NCBI GenBank assembly: GCA_951406725.2
Contig: OX597830.1
Coordinates: forward strand, 69,192,001 to 69,256,000
DNA: 64,000 nt
Direction: 5' to 3'
Source of the DNA: Octopus vulgaris
Taxonomy: Eukaryota
Made by a program: the position numbers and the translations under genes. The notes under the pieces were generated by a model. The model was not told the DNA's origin and did no database searches. It saw only the letters and a program-made list of their open reading frames with translations. Below are positions 26,740 to 40,229 of the stretch, piece by piece; the stretch's first letter is position 1, and each line of letters starts with the position of its first letter.

Positions 26740-28780
26740 CTTTTAACCACCAAATGTCTAAGTGCATCTCTTGACCAGGTTTGCATATATGAGGCTAAGA
26801 TCATAAGACTTGGAAAGCGGCTCCTTGAGCAGCATTTCTTGTCTGATAAGCTTAAATACATATCAAAAAAGCCGCACGACTCTACCACGGTATGTCATCA
26901 GATGAAAAGATGAGCGCATATCAGCAGAAGCCCATGCATGTATATGTGAGTAGGAAGCACCGAGATAATAGTAACATTTGTCACTAAAGCAGTCTATTAT
27001 AGACCAGCAACCAGATTCCTACTTCCCACCTTCACTTGAAGGGTATGCGGTTGCAATCCAGGGATATGAAATATCAAACAAATATACGATGCACAAAAGA
27101 AGAGAGATACATGAAAAGCAGTAATATATGAAAACCTATGCAGTTGTTCGAAAATGTCATCACAGTATTAGCTACCGATGAGATATGATGTAGTAGCTAG
27201 GACATTGTATATAACGAGTTCCGTCGGAAGCATAAACCCGAGAACAAAGAAGAACCCACGGTATGGTAGACTCCATATCCATTTATAATAAAAAGGAGTA
27301 CTGGTGAAATGCTCCTCTGGAAACCTCAATAAATTATAAACATATTATACGTGGTATAATCATTTGGGATAGAGAAGAGAGACTGTGTATAGTTGTGGAA
27401 ATCAACTCACCTGCAGATGTTAACATAAAGCCGAAGAGAAGCGAAAGAGAAAATACGCTGAAAAATAAAATACCTACGCAAAATCTGCAGTTACTCTAAT
27501 CAGATTACAAGTTCGTGTTTATACCTGTAATTATTAGGGCACTAGTATATGTAACACAATGCGTAAATACCAGTCTTGAGTAATTGGACTTCTCAAACTC
27601 AGAAAGAAGAAAGCTAATTCGAAGACTACATATCCAAGCAATCAATGGAACTCTAAATATCTTATAAAATTTTCCAGAGGCTTATAGTTTAAGTATATAT
27701 GAGTATGTCTAGATATGCAAGTATATGCATTGGAATACATACCTAAAACAAAAAATATCTTATAAAATTTTCCAGAGGCTTATCATTTAAGTATATATGA
27801 GTATGTCTAGATATGCAAGTATAAGCATTGGAATACATACATAAAACAAAACATAAAAATTTGCACATACACAAATATTTGATTTATATTTTTGAAATTC
27901 AAATGAAGAAGAATTGGTTCTGGGTTAGAATCCGGCTCCTCTATTGTCACGAAAGCTTGAAATAAAACTGAATAAAACTGAATACTGGCGAACATACATA
28001 AATGCTTACATACATACATAAATAGATATATATGCATACACACATGCATAGATACATACATACATACATACATACATACATACATACATACATACATACA
28101 TACACAAAAGACACAAATCTGTACGTATACATATATACATACACACAAACATATCCTGTTGTTGATGCTAAAATTACAATGAAAGAGCCTTGGATTTTTG
28201 TTAAGAAACCGGCCCTTTCTCTTTTGGCAAGAAATCTTGAAATAAAACTGAATAAAAACATACGTACATTCTCAAAGGCTACAGAGCTGCAGTTTGGCCA
28301 GAATAAATGTTGCTACATGATTGTGAAATGAGGGATGCTGTAAGCAAGACTAGCAAAATTTCCAACACTGACTTAACTGTTTCCTCTATATCTGATGAGG
28401 GATGTTACAGGCACCAAGGGGTGGAAGAGAACATATCATACAATGACACATGTAACAACAAATCATGTGTCATTAAAGAATGTTATAGTCGAATAAAAAA
28501 CATTTGGACCCAGAACTCTGTATTCAGAAAAAAAAAAACAGTGACTCAAAATGTATTTGCTGTGCCAATACTCATACCAACATTTAGGCTGGTTGGACGC
28601 TCGATGAGATCCGAACTATTGATGTGAAAACCCCAAACATGCTAACCAGCAGACACAAGTTCCACACCAACAGCGACGTACAACGCCAATACCTAAAACG
28701 AAAACAAGGCAGCAGAGGTTTAATATCAATCCAGACTGCCTTTCAATGTCGTATCCCTTCGGCAACATTATTTAAGTGCC
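26740..28780 (+). mobile_element. Decayed R4/Dong-type LINE pieces (REL domain, duplicated 3' UTR, then RT fragment); copy at ~34020-36900
   Basis: IIWDREE..C.VVEI.SPADVNI...LQLL..DYKF.FIPVII; FAVPILIPTF...FHTNSDV.R...KRKQGSRGL; a ~98-bp tandem duplication at 27657-27855. Confidence 0.8.
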
Positions 28781-28789
28781 AAGTATCGA

Positions 28790-30010
28790 CGTGCATCCTC
28801 TGAGTCATCAAAGGAGTATTTTGGTGATATTTTTGAGCAGCTGCTAATCTTACGAACGAAATGTTGCGCAGAAACACGGCATAATAAACAATTTCTTGCA
28901 GCTTCAAGAGATCACTATCTCTTTTGTTTGTTAGGTATTTTATCGCAACTTCATTTTCTTGGATTGCAAACGCATTGTCGTTGTATTGTGATGTGTTGTA
29001 GTGGTCAAGATTGCAACAGATGTTTCATGTCCATAGGATTATCTTCCTTCAGACGGCGAGCTGGCAGAATCGTTAGCACTTCGAGCAAAATACTTAACGG
29101 TATTTCGTCCGTGTCTACGCTCTGAGTAGAAAATCCTCTGATGTCGACTTTACCTTTCATGGCTTCATAAAATAAATACCAGTTTATAATGTTTTTTTAT
29201 TAAGTCTAGCTGGGGTTTTTTCGTTGTTTTTAGTAGAGGTACCTCCCAATCCAGACAATACGAACACTCTCACTACAAATCCCTATAATTAAAATACCGT
29301 TAATTATCTTTCTCTCTGCTGCTCATCTCAGTCATCCTCGACAAGATCGACAGCGATAAAATGTGCTTTTGGACCACATCTTAATAATGTGCTTATGAGT
29401 GTGTATGTGTGTGTGTATGCTTGTATGCATGTATGTGGTTATGAGTGCATATATTTATGTATGGATGTAAATATGTGTCTGTATGCATGTACGTATTTCT
29501 TTTTCTCTTTTTAAATTAGAGTAATTTAGGCCTGAGCAACTACATTTTTCTTTATTGCCCTTGTGGCTAAACAAGGACTGGCAAAGGGATAGAGTTGATT
29601 ACATCAACCCCAGTGCGTAACTGGTACTTATTTAATCGACTTATTCCTCCTTCAAGTGTTTTATGCTATCCTCCGTCCTCGACCTGACCTTCCATCCCTG
29701 ATAAGGATATTGCTACGAGTTTAATGCTCCTTCAAAATCAAGGAGTGATTGCAAACCAATGAACTACTGATGATTATATTGTAGCTGTACTTGCTGCATT
29801 ATTGTTCAAGCGTTTGTTAATTGACAGAAATGTCACTGGAGAGTCAAGTTTCCGGAAAACTGTATTTGTGCATTGCGTCTCTAGCAGTTTTATTCTGCAA
29901 ATTATGCTTGCTGTACTTTTTAATTGATACTTTTTCTACCCTAATTTGAATTATGCTAGTCTTGAGTAATTGCGATGTAACCAAAGAACACATTGTAATT
30001 TAAACTTCTC
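28790..30010 (+). pseudogene. Two inverted (plus-strand) decayed copies of the module (~28790-29030 and ~29640-30010); duplicated at ~36915-38130
   Basis: DNA aligns to the reverse complements of 46150-46440 and 47100-47320; remnants KEYF..IFE, ITISFVC, YCDVL; KIKE, FPENC, VLFC, SNCDVTKEHI. Confidence 0.4.
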
Positions 30011-30074
30011 CAGGAATATTAATTTAAGCAAAAGGATAGATAAAAGCAAAAGTTTGCAATTCATTGCACTCCTC

Positions 30075-30130
<56 letters not shown>

Positions 30131-30379
30131 AATAAGAGTAAACAATAGCTTTAATGGTTTTTTAAAAAAAACAACAATTATTTACCGGAAGATTTCGGCA
30201 TGTAAATATAACCATTAACGGTGGAAACTTCTATAAAAGTTCAATATATATTTTGCATATAAATGAAAAAAGGCAGGCAACATGTTGCTCAGCCACATAC
30301 CGAAAAAATTAGAAATAGAAGTCAAAGACTGTTTATTTCTATTTTCTACAAATAAGACTCCACATACTACATTTTTTTT

Positions 30380-31550
30380 ACACACAATTTTTTGTACATG
30401 ATGAAGGGTTTGCCAATTGTTGATGTAGCTCCCAAAAAATATATTTGAGCTTCATGTTACCCATATATTCATTAGTGAAATATTTCAGTATGTTGGGACT
30501 GATAAAGTAGCATGAAGTATCATGAAAGCCCAACTTCTCTGTGCCTTCTGCGTGCTGAAAGCAGCCCTCTAAAATGGCATGGCAATGCTTCTCAATATTT
30601 GTAATACTGCCACCTGGCGTGTGTGTTTGTGTGTGTGGTTGGCGCATCTGTACAATGCCCTCGTGTTTGGCACCGATTTTGGAATACTGTTAAATAGATA
30701 ATTCAAGTATTTTAAATGTAATATGCGAATAAATTGGTTCTTGTCACAATTCACAACATCGAAACACAGACACACACACACACACACGATAATTTGTATC
30801 ATAAACCGTGAATCCTCGAAATTTTTCTGGATATATCGCTTTTCCATTCGTAAATTATTTTCAAATTTTAATAAAGAACGTATGTATCATACTGTCCTGT
30901 TTTAAACATTGAAACGAAAATATATAAAAGGAATTTCGAAAAAACTTCAAAAGTAAAGACATTGTTGGGGTTGGGTTAGCAAATTAATAAAACTATATTT
31001 CCGTGGTTTCTTAATCAGTCTTTTGCAATTAATATCGGAATAGACTATCAAAAACTACCCAGAAAAACAATTAGTTATAGATTTTTAAATGGAATTCTTT
31101 GATTAAAACACCAGCAAGTAGGAGTTACTTTATTTCTGCAAAAATATGGGGAATGATTACGGAGATGTACTTGCATAGCGAACGACTTGATCTGAGATCG
31201 TGTGCTGGAACGAAAACAATTGCAGCGTGGAAGTTGTTTATAAGCCATGTACGAAACACACAAAACCGTTAGATTCACTTCAACATTTAAATTTAATTTG
31301 TCAAAATATTTTCATCGCTTTGAGACCGCGACCTGTTCACTGACAAAGCTTCGTTGCTAAAGCGACGAAAATATTTTGACAAATTAAATATAAATGTTGC
31401 AGTGAATCTAACGGTTTTGTGTGTTTCTTAAATGGGGAATGATCGCGATTTAAAAAACCTTTGATAAGGGATCAGAGCGATCAGTTACAGCTTGACGATA
31501 AACAACAAAGTCATTAAATATGATAAAACAGATTCCACTGCCAACATTTG
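30380..31550 (-). pseudogene. Further minus-strand decayed module copies (related copy 25810-26200; duplicates in later segments)
   Basis: KNQFIRILHLKYLNYLF vs NNQCIIVLN*KGFLNAYC; LIKEF vs KIKEY; shared intron motif at 30842-30908. Confidence 0.35.
31146..31443. mobile_element. ~275-bp hairpin-containing insertion flanked by a 12-bp direct repeat (copies ~39368-39665, ~55106-55403)
   Basis: atggggaatgat at 31146-31157 and 31432-31443; internal ~75-bp inverted arms. Confidence 0.75.
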
Positions 31551-31757
31551 AAGCAGTCTTTCTAGATTACATGTGAGAGACGCAACACATTCTCACATTT
31601 ATAAACTCAAACAGAATATCTTCTCAATAACAATCAGTCAACATAATATTGCAACATAAATTCGACAAATAAAGTACACGAAACGCATTGAAGTGTGACG
31701 TAGCCCATACTAAATGAGTAAATTCGGTAAAATGGGCTTTTGTATACATATATGCAC

Positions 31758-31867
<110 letters not shown>

Positions 31868-32039
31868 GTATATATAGACAGATAGATATATAGATAGATA
31901 TATAGATAGATAGATAGATATGAAAACATACACATACGTGCACAAATGTACATACAAATATATTTGTTTATAGCTCTCCGTCAATGTTAACGACGACATT
32001 GTCCTCTAGGAGTCTTATCCTACATTTTGTGAGTTGAGA

Positions 32040-33068
32040 CACATTGAAAAGCCGGTCTAGCGAGATTGCAGAGGTGCTTGAACAGAGACGTGTTGATGTA
32101 TGTTGCGTACAAGAGTTAAGATAGAGAGGAGATTCAGCCAGTCCTCACAGGCAAAGAACATAGGTATAAACTCTTCTGGAAAGGTAATAGTGACTGAATA
32201 AGGGATGTAGGCATACTTCATGCAGAAACATAGGTGGATAAGGCCGTAGATGTAGCGAGGGTGTACGAGAGAATACTTAAACTCAGACTAGTCTTGCAGG
32301 ATGGTATAGCTACAATTATCTCCGCCTATCCCCACAAGCGGGCCTACCAAATGAACAGAATTATCTCTTTTATGATATTCTTCTGCATGCTACCTCAAAG
32401 ACGAATGATATTGATCTCATCTTTGTAGCTGGAGAATTTAATGTTAACGGTTCCTCATGAAGTTAATATGGACGCCGCACGGGCTCGAAAATTTAACTGT
32501 TATGTAAACCTCCTCGAGGAATGTGAAGACGCAGGCTGGAAAGCGGAACATTTTCCAATCGAAGTTGGATGTAGAGGGTTCGTTGGACACAGTGTGAGAC
32601 GACTGTTGTTATCGCTAGGCCTAACCCATCGTAAACTCAATACCACCATGACCGATATCCAATCTACAGTGGAGAAGACTAGCCATTGGATTTGGTTAAA
32701 AATAGACGATGAGCGATGGCTAAAAGGATATTGAGCTTAATTTGATAACCAGCTGATCTAGCAATTGGGGCTTCATATCAGTGAGGTGGGGGGTGCGCAT
32801 TGATTACGTCGAGAAGTAGGCCCCGAAACGGCGTGCATTCTCTCCTGATGACCCCACACACTTGCTGGCTTCCGGTATACAGAGCTTTTGACTGGTAGCA
32901 CTTGCATGTGCAAGTTGTTTGCAAGACATGTGTGGGTGATTATCACTGTTTGCATATGTGTATGTATGTATGTATGTATGTATGTATGTATGTTTTCAAG
33001 CAAGCATGTATGTATGTGTGTATGTGTGTATGTATGTATGTATGTATGTATGTATGTATGTATGTATG

Positions 33069-33101
<33 letters not shown>

Positions 33102-36100
33102 TATTTTGACATTTTGAAAAAGAACGTCTGAATCATATTTTGTTTAAATGTAGGAATACAAACATATAAAATGAATTTCGAAAATGTTCAAAAGTGAAGA
33201 TTTTGTGGTGTAGTTGGATGAAAAGTTAATAAAAACAATATTGTTTTTAAAATATCGGGATAGTGTCGAAACTACAGGGAGAAACTATAAATTATAGATT
33301 TTTAAAAGGAATTGATTAACATTCCTAAGAGTTCACAGATAACGAAGCATGTGTTACATCATTTCTGCAAAAGTTCGAAAGCATTTGATCAGGGATCAGA
33401 AAATTAGCCAAAGGTTTCAGGATAAACAAAATAATCATAAAACAGATACATACGATTGCCAAATTTCAAGTCACTTCATCAAAGCCAAACTGTTCAATTC
33501 AGTTTCTTTAAGTAGAATGATGCGGTCTTAACCTCACACCCACACATTCAATAGTGAAGCGCATTGAAGTATAACAGAGGTCATGCTGATTATAAAGAAA
33601 AACGGTAACCTTAAACCGAAAGTCAAATCTATTTATCAGGAGGCCGTGACAGCTGCAATTTGCCACTCCTATATAAGATCATACAATGCATTCTAATCGT
33701 GACAAAACTTAAGAATACACTAACATGACAGGTCAAATGACAAAATTTGTATACTTACGTAATCCAATATACATTCATGTAGACATCCATCCGTACATCC
33801 ATCCATTCATCCGTTCATATATACATACATACATATATACATACATACACACATACATACATATATACATGCATACACACATACATAAACACATGCTTAT
33901 ATACATAGATACATAAATTTATGGATACATATGCATATATAAATACATGAATGCATACGTATATATATATATACGTACATGCTTATATACATACATACAT
34001 GCATACATACAGACATACATGCATAATCTTTTAACCACCAAATGTCTAAGTGCATCTCTTGACCAGGTTTATAATAATAATAATAATAATTGTGTACAGT
34101 GCTCAGGTGCACTACAACTCATCTAAAGTGTATATATAATCAGGTGTAGTTTCGGCGGATTTCGGAAAGCATGAGGGCCTTAAAAGATGCAGTGTCATGG
34201 CAGTCAACAACTGACGCAGGCAGTTTATTCCATGCTTCAGCAACTCTGAGCGTGAAAAAATGTTTCCGAAAGTCATGGGAGCTGTATTGTTTTCTGACTT
34301 TGTAGGCATGTCCACGTGTGTTAGACACATGGAGATCAAAAAGGTGTTCAGTGTTGTTGTTGGTGAGGTGGTTGATAACTTTGTGGGTGTTTACCAAGTC
34401 CGTCGCCAAACGCCGGAGCTTCAGTGAATCCATGCCCAGGGAAACAAGGCGCTCAGAATATGGTAGGTGTCTGATGGAGGGTATGCGTTTGGTTGCACGT
34501 CTCTGGACAGATTCCAGGAGGTCAATGTTCTGTGCAAGATAGGGGTTCCAAACTGATGATGCGAATTCCAAGTGTGGTCGTACCATAGCTGTATACAGTT
34601 TTAAATAGATGGCTGGAGAGCGGCTAACAAAAGACCTGCTGAGTGATGCCAAGACACCCTCGGCCTTCCTGACAATCTTAGAGATATGCTTTGACCAACG
34701 CAAATCACTGCTGACAGTGATGCCTAGGTCACGCTCACAAGAGGATTTCTTGATATCAGTGTTGTGGAGGGAGTATGTGAACACAGGGTTTTTTTCTCCC
34801 AAAATGCATGGTGGCACACTTGTCCACAGCCAGTTTCAGTTGCCAGTCTGTGATCCATTGCTGCATTGTGTCTAGGTCTGATTGCAGGAAAGAGTTGTAG
34901 ACATCAGGATCTGTCCTCTTGATTTGCATATATGAGGCTAAGATCATAAGACTTGGAAAGCGGCTCCTTGAGCAGCATTTCTTGTCTGATAAGCTTAAAT
35001 ACATATCAAAAAAGCCGCACGACTCTACCACGGTATGTCATCAGATGAAAAGATGAGCGCATATCAGCAGAAGCCCATGCATGTATATGTGAGTAGGAAG
35101 CACCGAGATAATAGTAACATTTGTCACTAAAGCAGTCTATTATAGACCAGCAACCAGATTCCTACTTCCCACCTTCACTTGAAGGGTATGCGGTTGCAAT
35201 CCAGGGATATGAAATATCAAACAAATATACGATGCACAAAAGAAGAGAGATACATGAAAAGCAGTAATATATGAAAACCTATGCAGTTGTTCGAAAATGT
35301 CATCACAGTATTAGCTACCGATGAGATATGATGTAGTAGCTAGGACATTGTATATAACGAGTTCCGTCGGAAGCATAAACCCGAGAACAAAGAAGAACCC
35401 ACGGTATGGTAGACTCCATATCCATTTATAATAAAAAGGAGTACTGGTGAAATGCTCCTCTGGAAACCTCAATAAATTATAAACATATTATACGTGGTAT
35501 AATCATTTGGGATAGAGAAGAGAGACTGTGTATAGTTGTGGAAATCAACTCCCCTGCAGATGTTAACATAAAGCCGAAGAGAAGCGAAAGAGAAAATACG
35601 CTGAAAAATAAAATACCTACGCAAAATCTGCAGTTACTCTAATCAGATTACAAGTTCGTGTTTATACCTGTAATTATTAGGGCACTAGTATATATAACAC
35701 AATGCGAAAATACCAGTCTTGAGTAATTGGACTTCTCAAACTCAGAAAGAAGAAAGCTAATTCGAAGACTACATATCCAAGCAATCAATGGAACTCTAAA
35801 TATCTTATAAAATTTTCCAGAGGCTTATAGTTTAAGTATATATGAGTATGTCTAGATATGCAAGTATATGCATTGGAATACATACCTAAAACAAAAAATA
35901 TCTTATAAAATTTTCCAGAGGCTTATCATTTAAGTATATATGAGTATGTCTAGATATGCAAGTATAAGCATTGGAATACATACATAAAACAAAACATAAA
36001 AATTTGCACATACACAAATATTTGATTTATATTTTTGAAATTCAAATGAAGAAGAATTGGTTCTGGGTTAGAATCCGGCTCCTCTATTGTCACGAAAGCT

Positions 36101-38309
36101 TGAAATAAAACTGAATAAAACTGAATACTGGCGAACATACATAAATGCTTACATACATACATAAATAGATATATATGCATACACACATGCATAGATACAT
36201 ACATACATACATACATACATACATACATACACAAAAGACACAAATCTGTACGTATACATATATACATACACACAAAAATATCCTGTTGTTGATGCTAAAA
36301 TTACAATGAAAGAGCCTTGGATTTTTGTTAGGAAACCGGCCCTTTCTCTTTTGGCAAGAAATCTTGAAATAAAACTGAATAAAAACATACGTACATTCTC
36401 AAAGGCTACAGAGCTGCAGTTTGGCCAGAATAAATGTTGCTACATGATTGTGAAATGAGGGATGCTGTAAGCAAGACTAGCAAAATTTCCAACACTGACT
36501 TAACTGTTTCCTCTATATCTGATGAGGGATGTTACAGGCACCAAGGGGTGGAAGAGAACATATCATACAATGACACATGTAACAACAAATCATGTGTCAT
36601 TAAAGAATGTTATAGTCGAATAAAAAACATTTGGACCCAGAACTCTGTATTCAGAAAAAAAAAACAGTGACTCAAAATGTATTTGCTGTGCCAATACTCA
36701 TACCAACATTTAGGCTGGTTGGACGCTCGATGAGATCCGAACTATTGATGTGAAAACCCCAAACATGCTAACCAGCAGACACAAGTTCCACACCAACAGT
36801 GACGTACAACGCCAATACCTAAAACGAAAACAAGGCAGCAGAGGTTTAATATCAATCCAGACTGCCTTTCAATGTCGGATCCCTTCGGCAACATTATTTA
36901 AGTGCCAAGTGTCGACGTGCATCCTCTGAGTCATCAAAGGAGTACTTTGGTGATATTTTTGAGCAGCTGCTAATCTTACGAACGAAATGTTGCGCAGAAA
37001 CACGGCATAATAAACAATTTCTTGCAGCTTCAAGAGATCACTATCTCTTTTGTTTGTTAGGTATTTTATCGCAACTTCATTTTCTTGGATTGCAAACGCA
37101 TTGTCGTTGTATTGTGATGTGTTGTAGTGGTCAAGATTGCAACAGATGTTTCGTGTCCATAGGATTATCTTCCTTCAGACGGCGAGCTGGCAGAATCGTT
37201 AGCACTTCGAGCGAAATACTTAACGGTATTTCGTCCGTGTCTACGCTCTGAGTAGAAAATCCTCTGATGTCGACTTTACCTTTCATGGCTTCATAAAATA
37301 AATACCAGTTTATAATGTTTTTTTATTAAGTCTAGCTGGGGTTTTTTCGTTGTTTTTATTAGAGATACCTCCCAATCCAGACAATACGAACACTCTCACT
37401 ACAAATCCCTATAATTAAAATACCGTTAATTATCTTTCTCTCTGCTGCTCATCTCAGTCATCCTCGACAAGATCGACAGCGATAAAATGTGCTTTGGACC
37501 ACATCTTAATAATGTGCTTATGAGTGTGTGTGTGTGTGTATGCTTGTATGCATGTATGTGGTTATGAGTGCATATATTTATGTATGGATGTAAATATGTG
37601 TCTGTATGCATGTACGTATTTCTTTTTCTCTTTTTAAATTAGAGTAATTTAGGCCTGAGTAACTACATTTTTTTCTTTATTGCCCTTGTGGCTAAACAAG
37701 GACTGGCAAAGGGATAGAGTTGATTACATCAACCCCAGTGCGTAACTGGTACTTATTTAATCGACTTATTCCTCCTTCAAGTGTTTTATGCTATCCTCCG
37801 TCCTCGACCTGACCTTCCATCCCTGATAAGGATATTGCTACGAGTTTAATGCTCCTTCAAAATCAAGGAGTGATTGCAAACCAATGAACTACTGATGATT
37901 ATATTGTAGCTGTACTTGCTGCATTATTGTTCAAGCGTTTGTTAATTGACAGAAATGTCACTGGAGAGTCAAGTTTCCGGAAAACTGTATTTGTGCATTG
38001 CGTCTCTAGCAGTTTTATTCTGCAAATTATGCTTGCTGTAATTTTTAATTGATACTTTTTCTACCCTAATTTGAATTATGCTAGTCTTGAGTAATTGCGA
38101 TGTAACCAAAGAACACATTGTAATTTAAACTTCTCCAGGAATATTAATTTAAGCAAAAGGATGGATAAAAGCAAAAGTTTGCAATTCATTGCACTCCTCC
38201 CCTATATATATATATATATTTCAGTATGTTGGGACTGATAAAGTAGCATGAAGTATCATGAAAGCCCAACTTCTCTGTGCCTTCTGCGTGCTGAAAGCAG
38301 CCCTCTAAA

Positions 38310-38340
<31 letters not shown>

Positions 38341-39979
38341 TGTATAATAAGAGTAAACAATAGCTTTAATGGTTTTAAAAAAAAACAACAATTATTTACC
38401 GGAAGATTTCGGCATGTAAATATAACCATTAACGGTGGAAACTTCTATAAAAGTTCAACATATATATTTTGTATATAAATGAAAAAAGGCAGGCAACATG
38501 TTGCTCAGCCACATACCGAAAAAATTAGAAATAGAAGTCAAAGACTGTTTATTTCTATTTTCTACAAATAAGACTCCACATACTACATTTTTTTTACACA
38601 CAATTTTTTGTACATGATGAAGGGTTTGCCAATTGTTGATGTAGCTCCCAAAAAATATATTTGAGCTTCATGTTACCCATATATTCATTAGTGAAATATT
38701 TCAGTATGTTGGGACTGATAAAGTAGCATGAAGTATCATGAAAGCCCAACTTCTCTGTGCCTTCTGCGTGCTGAAAGCAGCCCTCTAAAATGGCATGGCA
38801 ATGCTTCTCAATATTTGTAATACTGCCACCTGGCGTGTGTGTTTGTGTGTGTGGTTGGCGCATCTGTACAATGCCCTCGTGTTTGGCACCGATTTTGGAA
38901 TACTGTTAAATAGATAATTCAAGTATTTTAAATGTAATATGCGAATAAATTGGTTCTTGTCACAATTCACAACATCGAAACTCACACACATACACACACA
39001 CACACACACAATAATTTGTATCATAAACCGTGAATCCTCGAAATTTTTCTGAATATATCGCTTTTCCATTTGTAAATTATTTTCAAATTTTAATAAAGAA
39101 CGTATGTATCATACTGTCCTGTTTTAAACATTGAAACGAAAATATATAAAAGGAATTTCGAAAAAACTTCAAAAGTAAAGACATTGTTGGGGTTGGGTTA
39201 GCAAATTAATAAAACTATATTTCCGTGGTTTCTTAATCAGTCTTTTGCAATTAATATCGGAATAGACTATCAAAAACTACCCAGAAAAACAATTAGTTAT
39301 AGATTTTTAAATGGAATTCTTTGATTAAAACACCAGCAAGTAGGAGTTACTTTATTTCTGCAAAAATATGGGGAATGATTACGGAGATGTACTTGCATAG
39401 CGAACGACTTGATCTGAGATCGTGTGCTGGAACGAAAACAATTGCAGCGTGGAAGTTGTTTATAAGCCATTTACGAAACACACAAAACCGTTAGATTCAC
39501 TTCAACATTTAAATTTAATTTGTCAAAATATTTTCATCGCTTTGAGATCGCGACCTGTTCACTGACAAAGCTTCGTTGCTAAAGCGACGAAAATATTTTG
39601 ACAAATTAAATATAAATGTTGAAGTGAATCTAACGGTTTTGTGTGTTTCTTAAATGGGGAATGATCACGATTTAAAAAACCTTTGATAAGGGATCAGAGC
39701 GATCAGTTACAGCTTGACGATAAACAACAAAGTCATTAAATATGATAAAACAGATTCCACAGCCAACATTTGAAGCAGTCTTTCTAGATTACATGTGAGA
39801 GACGCAACACATTCTCACATTTATAAACTCAAACAGAATATCTTCTCAATAACAATCAGTCAACATAATATTGCAACATAAATTCGACAAATAAAGTACA
39901 CGAAACGCATTGAAGTGTGACGTAGCTCATACTAAATGAGTAAATTCGGTAAAATGGGCTTTTGTATACATATATGCAC

Positions 39980-40055
<76 letters not shown>

Positions 40056-40229
40056 ATATGTATGTATGTATGTATGTAAGTATATATAGACAGATAGATA
40101 GATAGATAGATATGAAAACATACACATACGTGCACAAATGTACATACAAATATATTTGTTTATAGCTATCCGTCAATGTTAACGACGACATTGTCCTCTA
40201 GGAGTCTTATCCTACATTTTGTGAGTTGA
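32040..40229 (+). repeat. Tandem segmental duplication A, copy 2 (with two private insertions)
   Basis: Junction ...gtgagttga|gacacattgaaaagcc...; collinear with copy 1. Confidence 0.97.
34071..34922 (-). mobile_element. Young 5'-truncated CR1/L2-type LINE insertion (RT C-terminus, (ATT)n tail)
   Basis: LQSDLD..QQW...WQLKL...KC; ERDLGI...RPHLEFASSVWNPY...LLESVQRRATK; one frameshift in a homopolymer; empty site ccagg-tttgca at ~26775-26785. Confidence 0.95.

Noticed and set aside
30492-30534. gttggg-actgataa...gaaa-gcccaac as a hammerhead or pre-miRNA
   Set aside because: The core is CTGATAA, there is no NUH or stem I, and the hairpin is too poorly paired for a pre-miRNA.
30574-30693. 39-aa Cys-rich ORF MAWQCFSIF...EYC, three copies
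   Set aside because: The cysteines come largely from a GT microsatellite, and identity between copies reflects recent duplication.
30915-30935. TATA-like TATATAAAAG, similar at ~25876
   Set aside because: It falls at the end of a minus-strand module exon in very AT-rich DNA, with no downstream plus-strand gene.
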